Notes under the pieces: model-generated
The model's input: the letters and a program-made list of their open reading frames with translations, nothing else
What the model was told of the DNA's origin: nothing
The model's database searches: none
Position numbers and translations under genes: made by a program
Shown here: in pieces, positions 1-12,447 of the stretch
How the letters are laid out: each line of letters opens with the position of its first letter
How positions within the stretch are numbered: position 1 is the stretch's first letter
DNA from: Schmidtea polychroa
Taxonomy: Eukaryota
NCBI GenBank assembly: GCA_044892525.1
Contig: CM097885.1
Location: 2,978,001-3,042,000 of the forward strand
Direction: 5' to 3'
DNA: 64,000 nt

Positions 1-1339
1 CCTAACGATCGCGCTGAGTGAAGGAAAATTTGTTTCTTCGCAACTGGAATTTTTCATCTACCGAGTCTCATCACCCCTCATGACACACCCAAGAAGGCAT
101 TCATTTCTGCCGCCATTCTTGCACCGTCATGAGGGACCAATCAACTCCTTTACATTCAAAAGATAGACATTCGCTTATAATCACATTAATGATAGAATAA
201 ATGATGAATAAAATAAACAAATCAAAATACCCGGCGACCATATCATCTGGGTTCCAAGAATGATGCTTCTCCATTTTTTTCCGATCATATATTCATTTTC
301 AGCATTAGCAAATATCTCTCTTATCATTATCACCTTCTCCGGTTCCAATATATTCGCAATATCTCCTAGATGCATGTCATAAAAACTCCTCGTGGCTACT
401 TCTCCATTTGGCATCATCCTTGAAATCACCAGAGGATACCGTCGTCGGCACCATGAAGAAAGGCAGTTTTTAGTTTTAAATAAATTTATTAAATGAAATT
501 ATTCTTGTTATTTACAAAAAGTTTATTAAAATCAATCATCGATATTCATTAAATTTAATCATACAAAACTAATCCACAAATACTTAACATACTTTGAGAT
601 TTGGAAAAGAAACTGGAGCAAATTGATTAACGCGCAGGTTGTCTTGAGTAAGATTACTAAACCTCTTCCTAAATCGATTGGGTCGTTTTCTAAAATTGGT
701 CCTTTGTAGTGGTTCGTAAGTCTCGTTCTGTAGAGTATCTTGATGAGTAGGTCCTGAATGTCGTCTGTAGAGGTTTTGGTTAAAGTGGTACTCTACTGAT
801 TTTTCGCGTTTCTTATATACTATTTTTCGTCCAATCAGGACTTATTTAGGTTGTAATTTTTAATATTTATTATTATTTTATGTTTTTATTATAATATATT
901 AGCTTTTAATAACTTAACTTATTTCTTATTATTATTTTATTTATTTTTCCTATTTTTCTTATTTTTCTCCTATTTTTCCTGCTGGTTCACTGCTACTTTA
1001 TCATAATACAATTTTTGTTTTAATTAAACTTCAAGATATTTTTATTTTTTATTTATTGCTTTAATTTCTAGTTTATTTTTTCTCACTTTTTTGCTTATTC
1101 TATTTCTACTTTGTTTATTGTGCTTTAACTCATTTCTCTTATGTCCTATTTCTAATTCTTAAGGGCTTTATTTATTTATCGCTTATTCTTATTTCTTTTT
1201 TATGGATATTTTATTGTTTCCTTATTTATTATTGAGGTTTGATGGTAATTTATTTTTTATTATACTTCGTTATTTTTTCGAGGTTCGTTTCCCGATTTTC
1301 CCCAGTTTCCCTCCACTTCACAATTTGGCCCAACAATTT

Positions 1340-1603
1340 CAATATCATAAGATAATGCCATCATTGAAGAACCTACTGGTCGCATCTCAGCCGATTGGGT
1401 ATAAAGCTGATTAATATCCGCAATATAACGACATATTATGTCACAAGGCATTTCATATCCAATTTTAGATTTAAATCGAGCTGCTTCCATTTGTGCACGA
1501 CATACTTGAGATCGACAATCAGGGATCATACCAATCATAACACCTCCAGTACTTTCAGTAATATTAAACAATCTTGTAGCTGAACTCTTCTCAATCATTT
1601 CCA
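1340..1603 (-). pseudogene. PSMA6: Proteasome subunit alpha-6-like fragment (intronless, truncated at both ends)
   Basis: MIEKSSATRLFNITE...GYEMPCDIICRYIADINQLYTQSAEMRP matches the alpha-6 core and is nearly identical in DNA to 59190-59455. The N-terminal FSPEGR motif and the C-terminus are missing. Confidence 0.85.
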
Positions 1604-1734
1604 TCACACAATCTAAATAATCAACGCAAATTCGAAAATTCAAAATTTCTACCAAATTTACCAGTTCAAACAAACGATAATTTTCTACAAATTAAAATCT
1701 CAAATTCATAAAAAATGCATAATAAACCTACTTC

Positions 1735-1864
1735 TCGCGTCTGTGTGCGCACCCCAACAAAATTCGATCAAATCATACCGCGCACACAGACGCGAAACAA
1801 AAAGAAACGCCAAATAAAGTGCCAGTTAGAGGTGAGTGACATTCCCCCTCTGACTGGTCGAAAC
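1735..1864 (+). other. Conserved double hairpin, copy 1 (candidate structured RNA or cis element)
   Basis: Stem TCGCGTCTGTGTGCGC (1735-1750) pairs with GCGCACACAGACGCGA (1780-1795); stem CCAGTTAGAGG (1822-1832) pairs with CCTCTGACTGG (1847-1857); followed by CGAAAC. A homologous copy lies at 59781-59907. Confidence 0.6.
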
Positions 1865-2689
1865 ACCTGTCAATCCAATTCCCCAACAGTGCAATCCAAT
1901 CCAATACAACCCAAAAAACTATAATTATCATTATCCTTTGTGATCCTATTAACAATGTATATATTTTATGTTTGACAATAATAATTTTATTGATTTTATT
2001 CATTTATTGTATATGTATATATTCTTACATTTATTCTTTATCGTTACAGACTATTGACTGCATTTGATTTATCTTATTATGTATCTTATTCATGGGTTAT
2101 TTATTTTGTATTGTGAATATGTTAATAAATTTTATCAACACACTTAACATTATAATAAAAAGGTGATTGAATAAAATTATTATATTATAAAACATTATTT
2201 ATTATTATAAAAATATTAATTATTATAGTCAAGACAAATTATTTAAAGTACAATGTATATTATGCAAAAATATATTTAATTATGTTAGAAAATTATATAT
2301 TCCGTGCGTACAAGCCGGAAATTAATATATTTTAAAATTAATATTAATACAAAATATAAAATAAATAATAACATCTGCTATAAGAATAGCAGGAGATAAT
2401 AAATATAATATAAAAATGAATATAATATTCCGTGCGTATATGCCGGAAATTAAAATATTTTATTTTGCTGTTACTTAAAAATAGTATATATACCACACCA
2501 AAATTCAGTAAACTCGCTCAAATTTTCTTAGGTTTTCCTGAATCTTGAAGAGGCAATCTCTACGAGATTTAAAAATAAGACAGAACAGAAAGTCTAACAT
2601 ATTGTGTCTGCAATCAAAACATAACACGCACGATATAAATTATAACAATACATAACACGCATTGTCGAATAGCGAATTTTTGAGAAAGA

Positions 2690-3360
2690 TTAAAGGATAT
2701 ATTCTTGTAATTAAAAGGTTAATTTTATTAGTTAATAAATTTTATTCAAACAATTTGTTTTTTATTCAAATAATTATATAAGAACCAGCAAGTTGGGGTT
2801 TTAAAAAGTGAGACCTCAACACTATCATGGACAAGAAAAAGGCTTTCCTTAATTCCGATTGAGCGTAACTCTTTAACTAACATTAATGCAAGAGCAATAT
2901 ATGCAAACGAAGTTTCCAGAATTTCAGATGGCAATATGATTTTCCTTGATGAAACGAGATTTAGTTTATATACTTAAAGAAGGTATGGATATTCAGCACT
3001 TAATCAAAAACCTTATATCAGCATACCAGAAAATAAGGGAATAAACAATAGTATAATTTGTGCAATTGGAATTGATGGTTACAAATATAAGGTGGGTGCT
3101 TATAATTCAACTTCATTTAATGAAATTATTTTAAATCATCTTGTTCGATATGTCACTCGTAATCCAAACAAAGTTTTTTTCGAAGGTAAAAAGCAAGGTT
3201 TAGAAGCTTAATAATGCTAATTCCTGATGCGAGTGTTAGCCAATTGATAAATGATGTTATGCAAGGAGAAAATGCGGTTTCTTTAGAATGTGTAGGATTT
3301 TTTCGTAATATGAAAAGATGGTTGGACCTAGCTAGGCAAAAACAGCCATTTATTTGATAT
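2690..3360 (+). mobile_element. Decayed IS630/Tc1-like DDE transposase remnant
   Basis: Plus-strand translation near 2935 gives NMIFLDETRFSLYT*RRYGYS...GINNSIICAIGIDG...GAYNSTSF, the first-D region of IS630/Tc1 transposases, with stops and frameshifts. Confidence 0.65.
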
Positions 3361-4941
3361 ATTTGCTGTTTTCAATCAAGTGTTTTTATCGTGTTAAACT
3401 CTATTTAAATGTTTGAAACTTATGGGACATTTTGGAATTAAAAGTATTATAAAATTGCTTTTGTTGTTAATAAATTTATTTATGCTGATATGAAAATAAA
3501 TAAATGTCAATATAAAAATGAATAAATGTCGACATAAAAATGAATAGATGCAAATATAAAAATGAATAACCCTATAATAGTAATAATTATTACCATTCTC
3601 CTCTTTCATCTGACATATTTATTATTATTATTTTTACTATTACACAACACAACAAAATGGTAGCGATGTTACTTTTGGAGCGTTTTTAGAGTAAATTTAA
3701 CCCTCTGAATTCAAATATCACTGTAGTGCGGTGTTAAGTTACTACTTTTAACTTTTTATTTGCAATTACGATTTGCAATCGTTATCCTATTGTGGTTGTG
3801 TACGTCTCTTATTCCTAACTCTTAATGCTTATTTGCCAATATAAAATCTTATATAATAAAATCAATATATAATATTGACAATTTATCAGTAGTTTATTAA
3901 TGATATAATTAAAATCCAAAATTAAGAATCTTATATATAAAACTTTTAATATATTTGTTTGTTTACCAGCTTTTCTTTTATACAAACTTTGACTAGATAG
4001 CAGCACGTTTTTGTTTCTAAACCATTTACATCATGATCTCATTAAATTACTCGCTATTAACCACCTAAATAAACATTTTATATACAATTTCTAATTAAAA
4101 AGATTGTAAATAAATCTGAGTGAATAAAATAAAAAAAGGCTTCAGCAAATGATAAAACAACAAAAATAAAAACATGCATTATTGATTATAACAAAGTAAC
4201 AGCCATAACAAAATCAAAATTTAAAGTTTTCGTCGATTACTGCAAGTTCTTTGGTAAAATGTTTCATCAGTTCTCTCTTGCATTGAATGGCTTTACAATG
4301 TTCCGCAGATTCCTCCTGCAATGTCAGGCAAATCCTTCACAGCCATTCGATTCTTGAATTCCAACAATTTTATATCACTTTTCTATCAACTAAATAGCTT
4401 CGGTTTATATCAATTTGCCCAACCGCGTCACAAGCAATAGAAACCCGGAGCCAGTAAAACCTCCCATCAAACCAAAGAAAGGTTGGCGAGGCGTCCTAGA
4501 AAAGATGAAATGAAAACCTTAGCAGGGATAGCCAAGAGGTAGACGAGCAGGCAAGGGAGGAAACGGTAGCAGAAAAATATTATGTTGTTGTTATGGCAAT
4601 GACTACAGCAAATAATCGGAATGGAAAATCCCGATGATAAAGGAAATTGCAGTTCATAAAATAAACGCATCAATCAGAAAGAGAATGGATAAATTACCAA
4701 AATATATTAGGTATTGAATATATATATATATATAAGAGGGTAAGAGGGAAGGTATTGACATCAGTATCGATGATGATTCCAAACTCATAAATCGAGAAAT
4801 AGATCAAATGGTGGAAATAGTGGACTGTTACCTCGAGGTCTGGATGACGGCAAATAAGTTTTGGGATGATGTAGTTCACCCAGAACCGAAGTTATGAATT
4901 TGTGGAAGGTATTGAATAACGGAAATGCAGGAACGAGAAAT

Positions 4942-6570
4942 ATGACAAGCATAATCCTAATGTTCCTAGTAATGATGGGCATATTGACAGCGTTTGACTG
5001 TCATGACACAAAGGTAACTCGAATATGCTCATCAGTTGATGCAATTGAGTGCAAGGAAGCGTATCCAGCGAGCCTACATTTAGGAGAAAATGCTATCTAT
5101 TATGCCTACCAAGAAAGAGAATTTCATGGAACAAAAATAAAGGAATGCAGAGTGCAGAGAACTGCGTTTGAGTATTATTGCGGAAGTCACAGCTATTCAG
5201 CTTTCTGTCAGCCCCATTAATGCCCAGGCGGCCTGTACCGATACAGCACGAGGATTTCCAGGATGCGTTCCGATCAGGAACCTTACGAATCGATAATGAA
5301 GCATCACTTACAGCCAAGGCGGCAAGACCGTAGTTGTAACTATTACTCGAGGGGGAACTATTGGAACCGATGGGACTTGTGAAGGTCGAATGAAAATCCT
5401 AGGGAAAGATCTAGTTAATTTCGTGGAAGATATCGAGGATTATTCAATCGAGCCGAGGGATCATGAAGGAACATTCGAAAATCTTGTTCATAAAACTGAA
5501 CGGAAGCAAGCATAGAGATGCACTGAACCGAGACCAGATTAGGGACAGAGCCAATAGCTTAGGGAGAATTAGAAAGCAAGAGAAAGAGGATATCAGCGAG
5601 AAATGGCATCAGAAGGCAAAACAGATGCCGTCAGATTCGTAAGCAAAGAAAAGACAGTGAAATGCGGAAAAGCAGTGTATGAAACAAATTATAAAGGACA
5701 TTTCCTAGCTAAAGAATATAAACGGGCAGCCAAGGCATTGCTGCACATAAAGGGAATCACAATCACGAATTCCATAGACAACACGATATGCCATATGCAA
5801 TTTGTATTTCCAGGGGGGCAATTTCAATTTTAGGGAATATATGTTAATTTTAGGTTTGAGTTACGTTTTCTTTATTTTCTTCAGTAACCATCAGAGTCAA
5901 TTGTCTCATTGAATAAAAAAATTAATCTTTATCTATTAATTACGTATATCAATAAAAATAGTTGGAAATTTTTTGAAAACTGTAAAATGTTTTGCATAGG
6001 GGGGACAAAAGAAAAAAAAATCCAGCTAGTGGGGACATGAGCTAAAAAAGGTTGGGAAACACTGCGATATGCTACGTGTAGCATGATCCCCAGGGACAGG
6101 TGCAGCAGATATTGTATCAGGGAGTGATATATCGATTGCTAACCCAGAGTTAGTTAGAGTTAGTTAGGCGGTACGTTTGGTCTAATTGTGAGCGGAGCTA
6201 TGAGTGCAAACCGGTAGCGGTTGAGTTGCACTACATTTGTCATACCAAGGTAAGTAACGGTTTGTCATGCCAGTAACAAGGGAATTAATGGAAGAGAAAG
6301 AAAAGCCAAAACCAGCAACAGGATTAGCCTACCATGTAGAATAAGACAAAGCGATCAGGAGTTGCACCACGACATCATTGTAATGCGTACTTTATTAGCA
6401 AGGATTGATGCACCAAGGGAGCTGGAGCAGTTGTCTTCGATTGTGCGATAGCCGGAACATTTACACAAATAACACGGCGCGTCCATCGAGCATACAACAA
6501 TTATTCCAGCAGGAGCATAAACAGTCAGTTAGCACGGTTTCTCAGATAAATACTAATCACCGATCACGTA
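4942..6570 (+). pseudogene. Chuvirus-like envelope glycoprotein, decayed (endogenous viral / env-like)
   Basis: Signal peptide, then AFDC...C...Q...C.V.R...YYCGSHS; downstream frames give GGTIGTDGTCEG, KCGKAVYETN, YECKPVAV and IYT...LFQQEH. This order follows chuvirus-type glycoproteins as recalled. Many stops and frameshifts; interrupted by a hAT MITE. Confidence 0.65.
5792..6064. mobile_element. hAT-type MITE with 8-bp TSD
   Basis: CGATATGC is duplicated at 5784-5791 and 6065-6072; the right end GGTTGGGAAACACTG is a hAT-type TIR; the left TIR is mostly lost. Confidence 0.75.
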
Positions 6571-6779
6571 TAGCATCGGCAGAGTGGTGAATGGAGGAAT
6601 ATCCATAGGGGTAGCCAAACTGGATAATAAACCAATAAAGTTATATCCAGATGCCAGAGCGGGAAGGGGGGTATCACACAACCTGGCGGACCTCAGCCGC
6701 ATGGGAATCAAGCAGAGGGAAGGGATCAGATATTGAATATTACGATGCTCCTACTGCCGATAGGATAGCTCTAACTAGA

Positions 6780-7400
6780 AGAGAAAATATCCAGGTTAAC
6801 TTGCTGTTGAGGAAATACGATAAAGTTTCCGTGAAACACGAATGCAACTAGGGGAAACAAATCTATTGGCACATGAAATCGGATCAAGTATCGGACTGTA
6901 GCGGATCCCGTTGAGTCTAGAGGGATCAGTCGATAAAGAGGTCAAATTAATGCTGAAACACGGGATAATCAGGCACAGCAAGTCACCATATCGATCACCC
7001 ATGATAATGGGGGCAAAGGAAGCGGGTCAGTGAGATTATCAATGAAGCTGCATGCAACGATAGCCACCCGTTACCATTATTGGATTACATTTATGCCCGA
7101 ATGAATAACGCCAAGTATTTCTCATTATTGGATGCCCAGAAAGGCTTTATCAACCATTGCGGGACATCACGAATGTCACAATGTCACGCCGTTTGGGCCC
7201 ACGGGAGCACCAGCAATGTTCCAGAGAGCAATGAACCTAATGCTAATGGATGCTCATCACGCAATGGTATATATTGATGATATCATTGCTTTCTCACAAC
7301 CTTTGTGGGAACATCTGGAACATCTGGAACATCTGGAACATCTCGAGGATGTGTTCAAGAGATAAATTGAAGCCAAATTAAAAGTCAAGCTGCAAATGCT
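6780..7400 (+). mobile_element. Ty3/Gypsy pol (RT) remnant
   Basis: Fragments GIIRHSKSPYRSP, AKYFSLLDAQKGF, PFGPTGAPAMFQRAM and VYIDDIIAFS, with deletions and frameshifts. Confidence 0.85.
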
Positions 7401-7989
7401 ACTGAGCCGAATCAGAAATGAATGAACTCAACCTGGTAGCTGAATTATTTATCCTGTGCTTATAGGAACCTGCAGCATCCTGCTATCAATGCCAGCCAAC
7501 CAATTATACCTTACAAACAACCAGCGGGAATACATCTCAGCTTAACCATCTGTGAAAGCATATACATTCGAAATCGATATGCCGATTAATCAGAATCTAT
7601 TGGCAATATGTTGTTGAAAGAGTCAGCAGGCACTCAACCTGATGGCTGAATGTTTGAGTTCTTCCTTATTTTATATTGTGTAAACATTACACAAATACCC
7701 TCAGTCTGGGACGCATTTCTCGCTATCCGTTCTGAGTAAGCAGCCGTGTTGTACAGCTCCTTTCATGCATGCCATCCGATATGTCAGTGTAGGATCTTGT
7801 CTGTGTACAAGTTTCCGCACCTTCACGTTGAGCATCTAGAAAGGATATAATTAAATCCCCTCAACTCGTTATTAATTAGTATTCATACACAAGGTAACAC
7901 CATAGGCAATGCTTAGCTAAATATTCTCCCTTTCCTAATATTGACGTTTCTAGCCTACGGAATAAGTGATATGCAATTATATTTGTGTC

Positions 7990-8774
7990 ATTGCTGATTA
8001 TTACATTTCAGCTCTAGGTGAAGATGAATGTCCAGGACCAATATGGACAATGATATCTGGTCAAGGAAATTTATGTCTTCTTTTCAAAAAACTTTACTAA
8101 TTCCAGAAACTCGTACAACTCTGGCATGTGGTCTTTATTTAATATCGGTAAAATTTCGAGAATCAATGAAAAATAACATGGACACCGAAGTTGTGGCATG
8201 AAAGTAAAATTTGCCACGATAAAAACTATTTAGATCCCTGTCAGGTGAATGAATTTAATAAAGAAGCAAGAGCATTGAAGCATTTGTAAAGACGAGTTTA
8301 TTTCCAGAATTCTCCTAATATGCACCTTCAAGCTGAGCCTTGCAGACGGTAACAAATCTGTAAGCCTGGATGAAATTTTAGATGTTGTCGCCATTGAAGG
8401 ATGAAGTTCCACCAAACTAATGGAGACACTTGAAAGAACATCTTAACTTGAAAAGTGGAACTATTTCATTCAAAGAGTCAGCACCAAATTTATTGAAAAT
8501 ATTTCAGTTTCTCTATTCGATTCCGTTTCGAATGCGACTGTTGAAAGAATTTTTAGTGTGAAGGGCAATCTATGGACTAAGGAACGAGATCGGATGTCGT
8601 TGAATTTAGTTTAAAGCGAACTTTGTATCTGCTTTCATATCACTTATACATGACAAAATGTCAAAGAAATATTTGCTAAAAACAAAAAACACTTAAAAGC
8701 TACATTGCAGCATAGCCTAAGGTTTATATTAAAATTTTGTCCGGTATTCTTTAAGGTTTCACCTGGCAACCCTA
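7990..8774 (+). mobile_element. hAT transposase C-terminal remnant with terminal TIR
   Basis: Near 8510-8630 the sequence encodes SIPF..ATVERIFSVKGNLWTKERDRMS (hAT dimerization motif); it ends in CTGGCAACCCTA. The start is approximate. Confidence 0.65.
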
Positions 8775-8854
8775 CTAATCATATAAATAATTTTTATATC
8801 GTGTATATGCTCTATTCTTGGCAATTTTATATACAGGGTTTAAACCCTTATTTA

Positions 8855-8984
8855 ACGATTTTAAAGTTTAATTTAACGGCTTTAAAGTTTAATTTAACGG
8901 CTTTAAAGTTTAATTTAACGGCTTTAAAGTTTAATTTAACGGGGTTAAAATTTAATTTAACGGTTTTAAACTTTAATTTAACGG
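8855..8984. repeat. 21-bp tandem repeat (about 6 copies), probably subterminal to a Tc1/IS630-like element
   Basis: Unit TTTAAAGTTTAATTTAACGGC; preceded by TA-CAGGG and followed by HTH-like transposase debris at 9000-9300. Confidence 0.75.
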
Positions 8985-10421
8985 ATCAATTAATATTCAA
9001 TTTATTTTATACCTATGTCTACAAAAAAACAATTAAACAACGAAACAAGGAGTACAATAATAAAAAAGTACAACGCAGCAAAACAAATTAGTAACGACCT
9101 TGAACTGAATGAGAATACAGTTTCTTCGGTTATACGTTTGTAAAAAAGATGGTAGAATTGAGGCAAAGAACAGAAGAGCACCAAGAACAAAGAAAATTAC
9201 TGAAACTGCTCAAGATCTAATAAGAAGCACAATACATGAGGATGTTAGTACCTCATTGATAATTAGAAAAATGCAAAATAAAAATTTCCAATTCAAACAA
9301 TTAATGGGATTATATTTACAATTAATATCATGGAGAGCCTCTGTTTTTATGCTGAGAGATATTTATGTAATTTGTCTTAATGGCCTTCTGTTTGTTTATA
9401 AACAATAAATACAGCTATAAATATAATATCAAAAATGGTAGAAACACCCACAAATTTATACAAGAATTAAACTTAGCGTTCATATTCTAAATATTGTCTT
9501 TAGGTAATCTCAAATAATTTCTAACTAATACACGAATTAGAAAAAAGCTGGGGTTTTGGAACCAGATATTAATTCGTATTGGCCGCGTTCAAACGAGGTT
9601 GCAGGACCATAAAATTAACTTTCATGAAGCAGCTTAGATATAAAAACTCTCCAAAATTATATTCTTGATGAAAGTGTTAGTGATTCACTGAAAGAAGGAA
9701 TTCGAATTTGCAAGGAATGGGACATTGAATTTCAAAAACGACATAGAAAGAAAAATGAATGGATGGCTAAACATAGAGTGATGCTGGTTTATCAGCTAAA
9801 GAAGAAATAGAAAGGGATATGAAATGATAATTGAATTAAAAAGAGAGTTTGGAGACTATAAATCAGTAATATATAAATTAGTCTTCAAACTCTCTTTTTA
9901 ATTCAATGGATAAAATAATTAGAGGTGAAATTGGAAGAAATAAAAGTTCTTATAAGAATATATTGATTTTTTTAATATTTTTATTTTTGCTATGATGATT
10001 TTGAATTTCTTTTTATCTGTTCAAATAAATTCGAATTTCATATGAACTAATACTTTGTATTTTATTATTTTATGAAAAGTAATAATTTTTATATTTTGAT
10101 CTATTTTTAATTTGTGTTTTCCGTTTAAAAATTTTATTTAATTTTCCATTAAAATGTTACTTTTGTTATCAAATTATAATTTAAATAATTTTATAATATT
10201 TAAAACAAATGAGAAAAACGCTGAAAATTAACATTAATAATATTTTTGCGCTCAAAGCTAAAATACAATATTTATAAAATGTTTGTTTATCTACATCAAA
10301 TGCAAATTATAAATATTGAAATTGTAAACGTCAGCGGAAATAATTAATATAATAAGTATGATTTATAATTTATGTTGTAAAATGTTGAAATATTTTGATT
10401 ATTTTGTTAATTTTAGATAAA

Positions 10422-11897
10422 ATGTTTGCAAGCGTATGGGAAATGATGAAGAGGAATAAATTTGAATTTGATAATGAAATCAGCAGTGAATTGATATGCA
10501 GAATTTGCAAATGTTTAATGATAAAGGCTTGCAATGCTCCTTGCGGTTGTCGCTTTTGTTCTGATTGCATTGAGCATTATTTGGATGGAAAAGATAAATT
10601 CTGTCCAGGAGCAGCAAAACATTGCGGAAAGAAAATGATAAATTTTGCAAATGATATTGTAGTAGACAATAATGCTAACAGTCGAATTTCAGGAGTGATA
10701 GTGAAATGCCCTATGCAAAATTGTCAATTCAAAGATGAATTAGAGGTGATGGAGAGCCACATGAGGGCATGCAACAAGCAGCCAATAAGATGCCCGTTCA
10801 ATAGAATTGGATGCGAAACCAATGAGGTGGTGAAGGATGAAATGAGAGTCCATCTCAATGAGAACAATGAAGGTCATAGCAAATTACTGATTGATCAGAT
10901 CAGCAATTTGTGCAATGAGATGCGGGAAATGAGAGAGGAGAATGTCAAATTGCGTGAGGAAATTACCAATATCAATGTAAAATTTTATTTCTAATTAATT
11001 TAATTGATATTTCTGATTGTAGGTGAAATTGATCAATATTGAAAGGAAAGAGGCGGAGAACAGAGCAGAAATAGAAGAATTGAATGAGGAAATGGTGGTA
11101 TTGAAGAATGAGAATCGCTCATTGAGAATGGAGATGAAGACAAATATTGGATCAATCAATCAAGTTTGATTATTGATTTGATTTGTTATTGATTTGTTAT
11201 TGATGCAAAGCAGATCAGACAGCAAATTGAGGTGATTGAATCAAAATGTCAACAGCAAACTGATGAGATGAAAGAGAAATGCGAGCAGCGGCTGCAACGG
11301 GAGAATGAAAAGGTGATTTATTGATTTATTGAAATATTTGAATTTGAGATTCAGCTGCAGCTTGAAATGGCGAAATGCGCCAATGAAATTCGGCCGATTG
11401 AAACAAAATTAGGAAGTGAAAAATATATAAATTATGGATTTTTTGAATGGGAAATCGATAAATTTTCACAACAAAAGAGAGATGAAGTGATTTACAGCAA
11501 GGCATTTCATTCGGGGCCAATCGGTTACAAAATGTGCTTGTGGGTGATGATTTGGCGTAATTGGGTTGAGGTTGGTTTCTGTGTGATGCGTGGGGCAAAT
11601 GATGAGCAATTGGATTGGCCGTTCAATCAATCGGTGGCAATCGATGTGATCGATCCAGCAAATGGCAGCATTTATAGGAGCGAGTCAGTGAAATATTCAG
11701 ATCGCCCTGATGCAGCCGGATGGGGGAAACCGTCAGATGACAGAAATTATCCAGTTTGGATTTATTATGATTATAAATTCGCTCAGCCTATAAATTCGCA
11801 GCCAAAAGTGATAAATTGCTGCTCAGGTGCAGAATTGAAAAATTATGAAAAATTAGAAAAACATTTCAATAAAAAATTGATTTATTTTGGCTTTTGA
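10422..11897 (+). CDS. TRAF-like protein (RING, TRAF zinc finger, coiled coil, MATH), ~445 aa; exons 10422-10976, 11023-11163, 11214-11312, 11355-11897
   Basis: RING CRIC..APCGCRFCSDC..CP; CPMQNC/CPFNRIGC fingers; MATH FEWEIDKF..YSKAFHSGPIGYKMCL..GANDEQLDWPF. The GT-AG introns keep the reading frame. Confidence 0.85.
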
Positions 11898-12171
11898 TCT
11901 GATTTATTATTTGCCTTATTATTATTATTGATTTATTATATGAGCTAATCATTGCGATAATCATTGTCACTCTCCCCCCCCCCGCGCGCCTTCCATCCGA
12001 TATTATCATTATATTTATTATAATTAAATTAATAATTAATGTGAAAGAAATAATCCAATCAAAATCCACCCGAATATAAGCGCTGACAAATCGCCTCAAC
12101 AAATCAAGCGCTCCTATGACGAATGGAACCGACGAGAAAACCGCCATCGCTGCTGCTGCTGATGTTATATG

Positions 12172-12447
12172 AGTTGTGGAGAAATTATTGATGTATTGAA
12201 TGGCAGTAAAATGCACCTAAATGCAATGCTGAAATTGCCTTATATCAAATTGATTAATGCCTTAACATTTCACCTCCGCCAGCTATTTGTGAGGCATTTC
12301 AGCGCAATCCGCAACAACAATACTGATAAAATGTTCCAAATTGCTTTCACATCAGTTTGGGTAAGTTTACCAAAATGTGAGCTGTCGATGCGATGAGGGC
12401 AATCGGTGCTTTCTAAGCTCTATCAAATTCTGTTACGCATTCTTTTA
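12172..12447. repeat. Inverted duplication, copy 1 (pairs with 16905-17183)
   Basis: About 276 bp with high reverse-complement identity; both copies translate as SCGEIIDVLNGSKMHLNA. Confidence 0.85.

Noticed and set aside
430..475. Copia RT motif KTAFLHG on the minus strand
   Set aside because: Isolated 7-aa match followed by a stop, with no other copia motifs.
1810..1870. Active hammerhead at the PSMA6-linked hairpin
   Set aside because: GAAAC follows the stem, but the CUGANGA box is absent in both copies.
8705..9091. ORF with LKFNLTA repeats
   Set aside because: Read-through of a 21-bp DNA tandem repeat.
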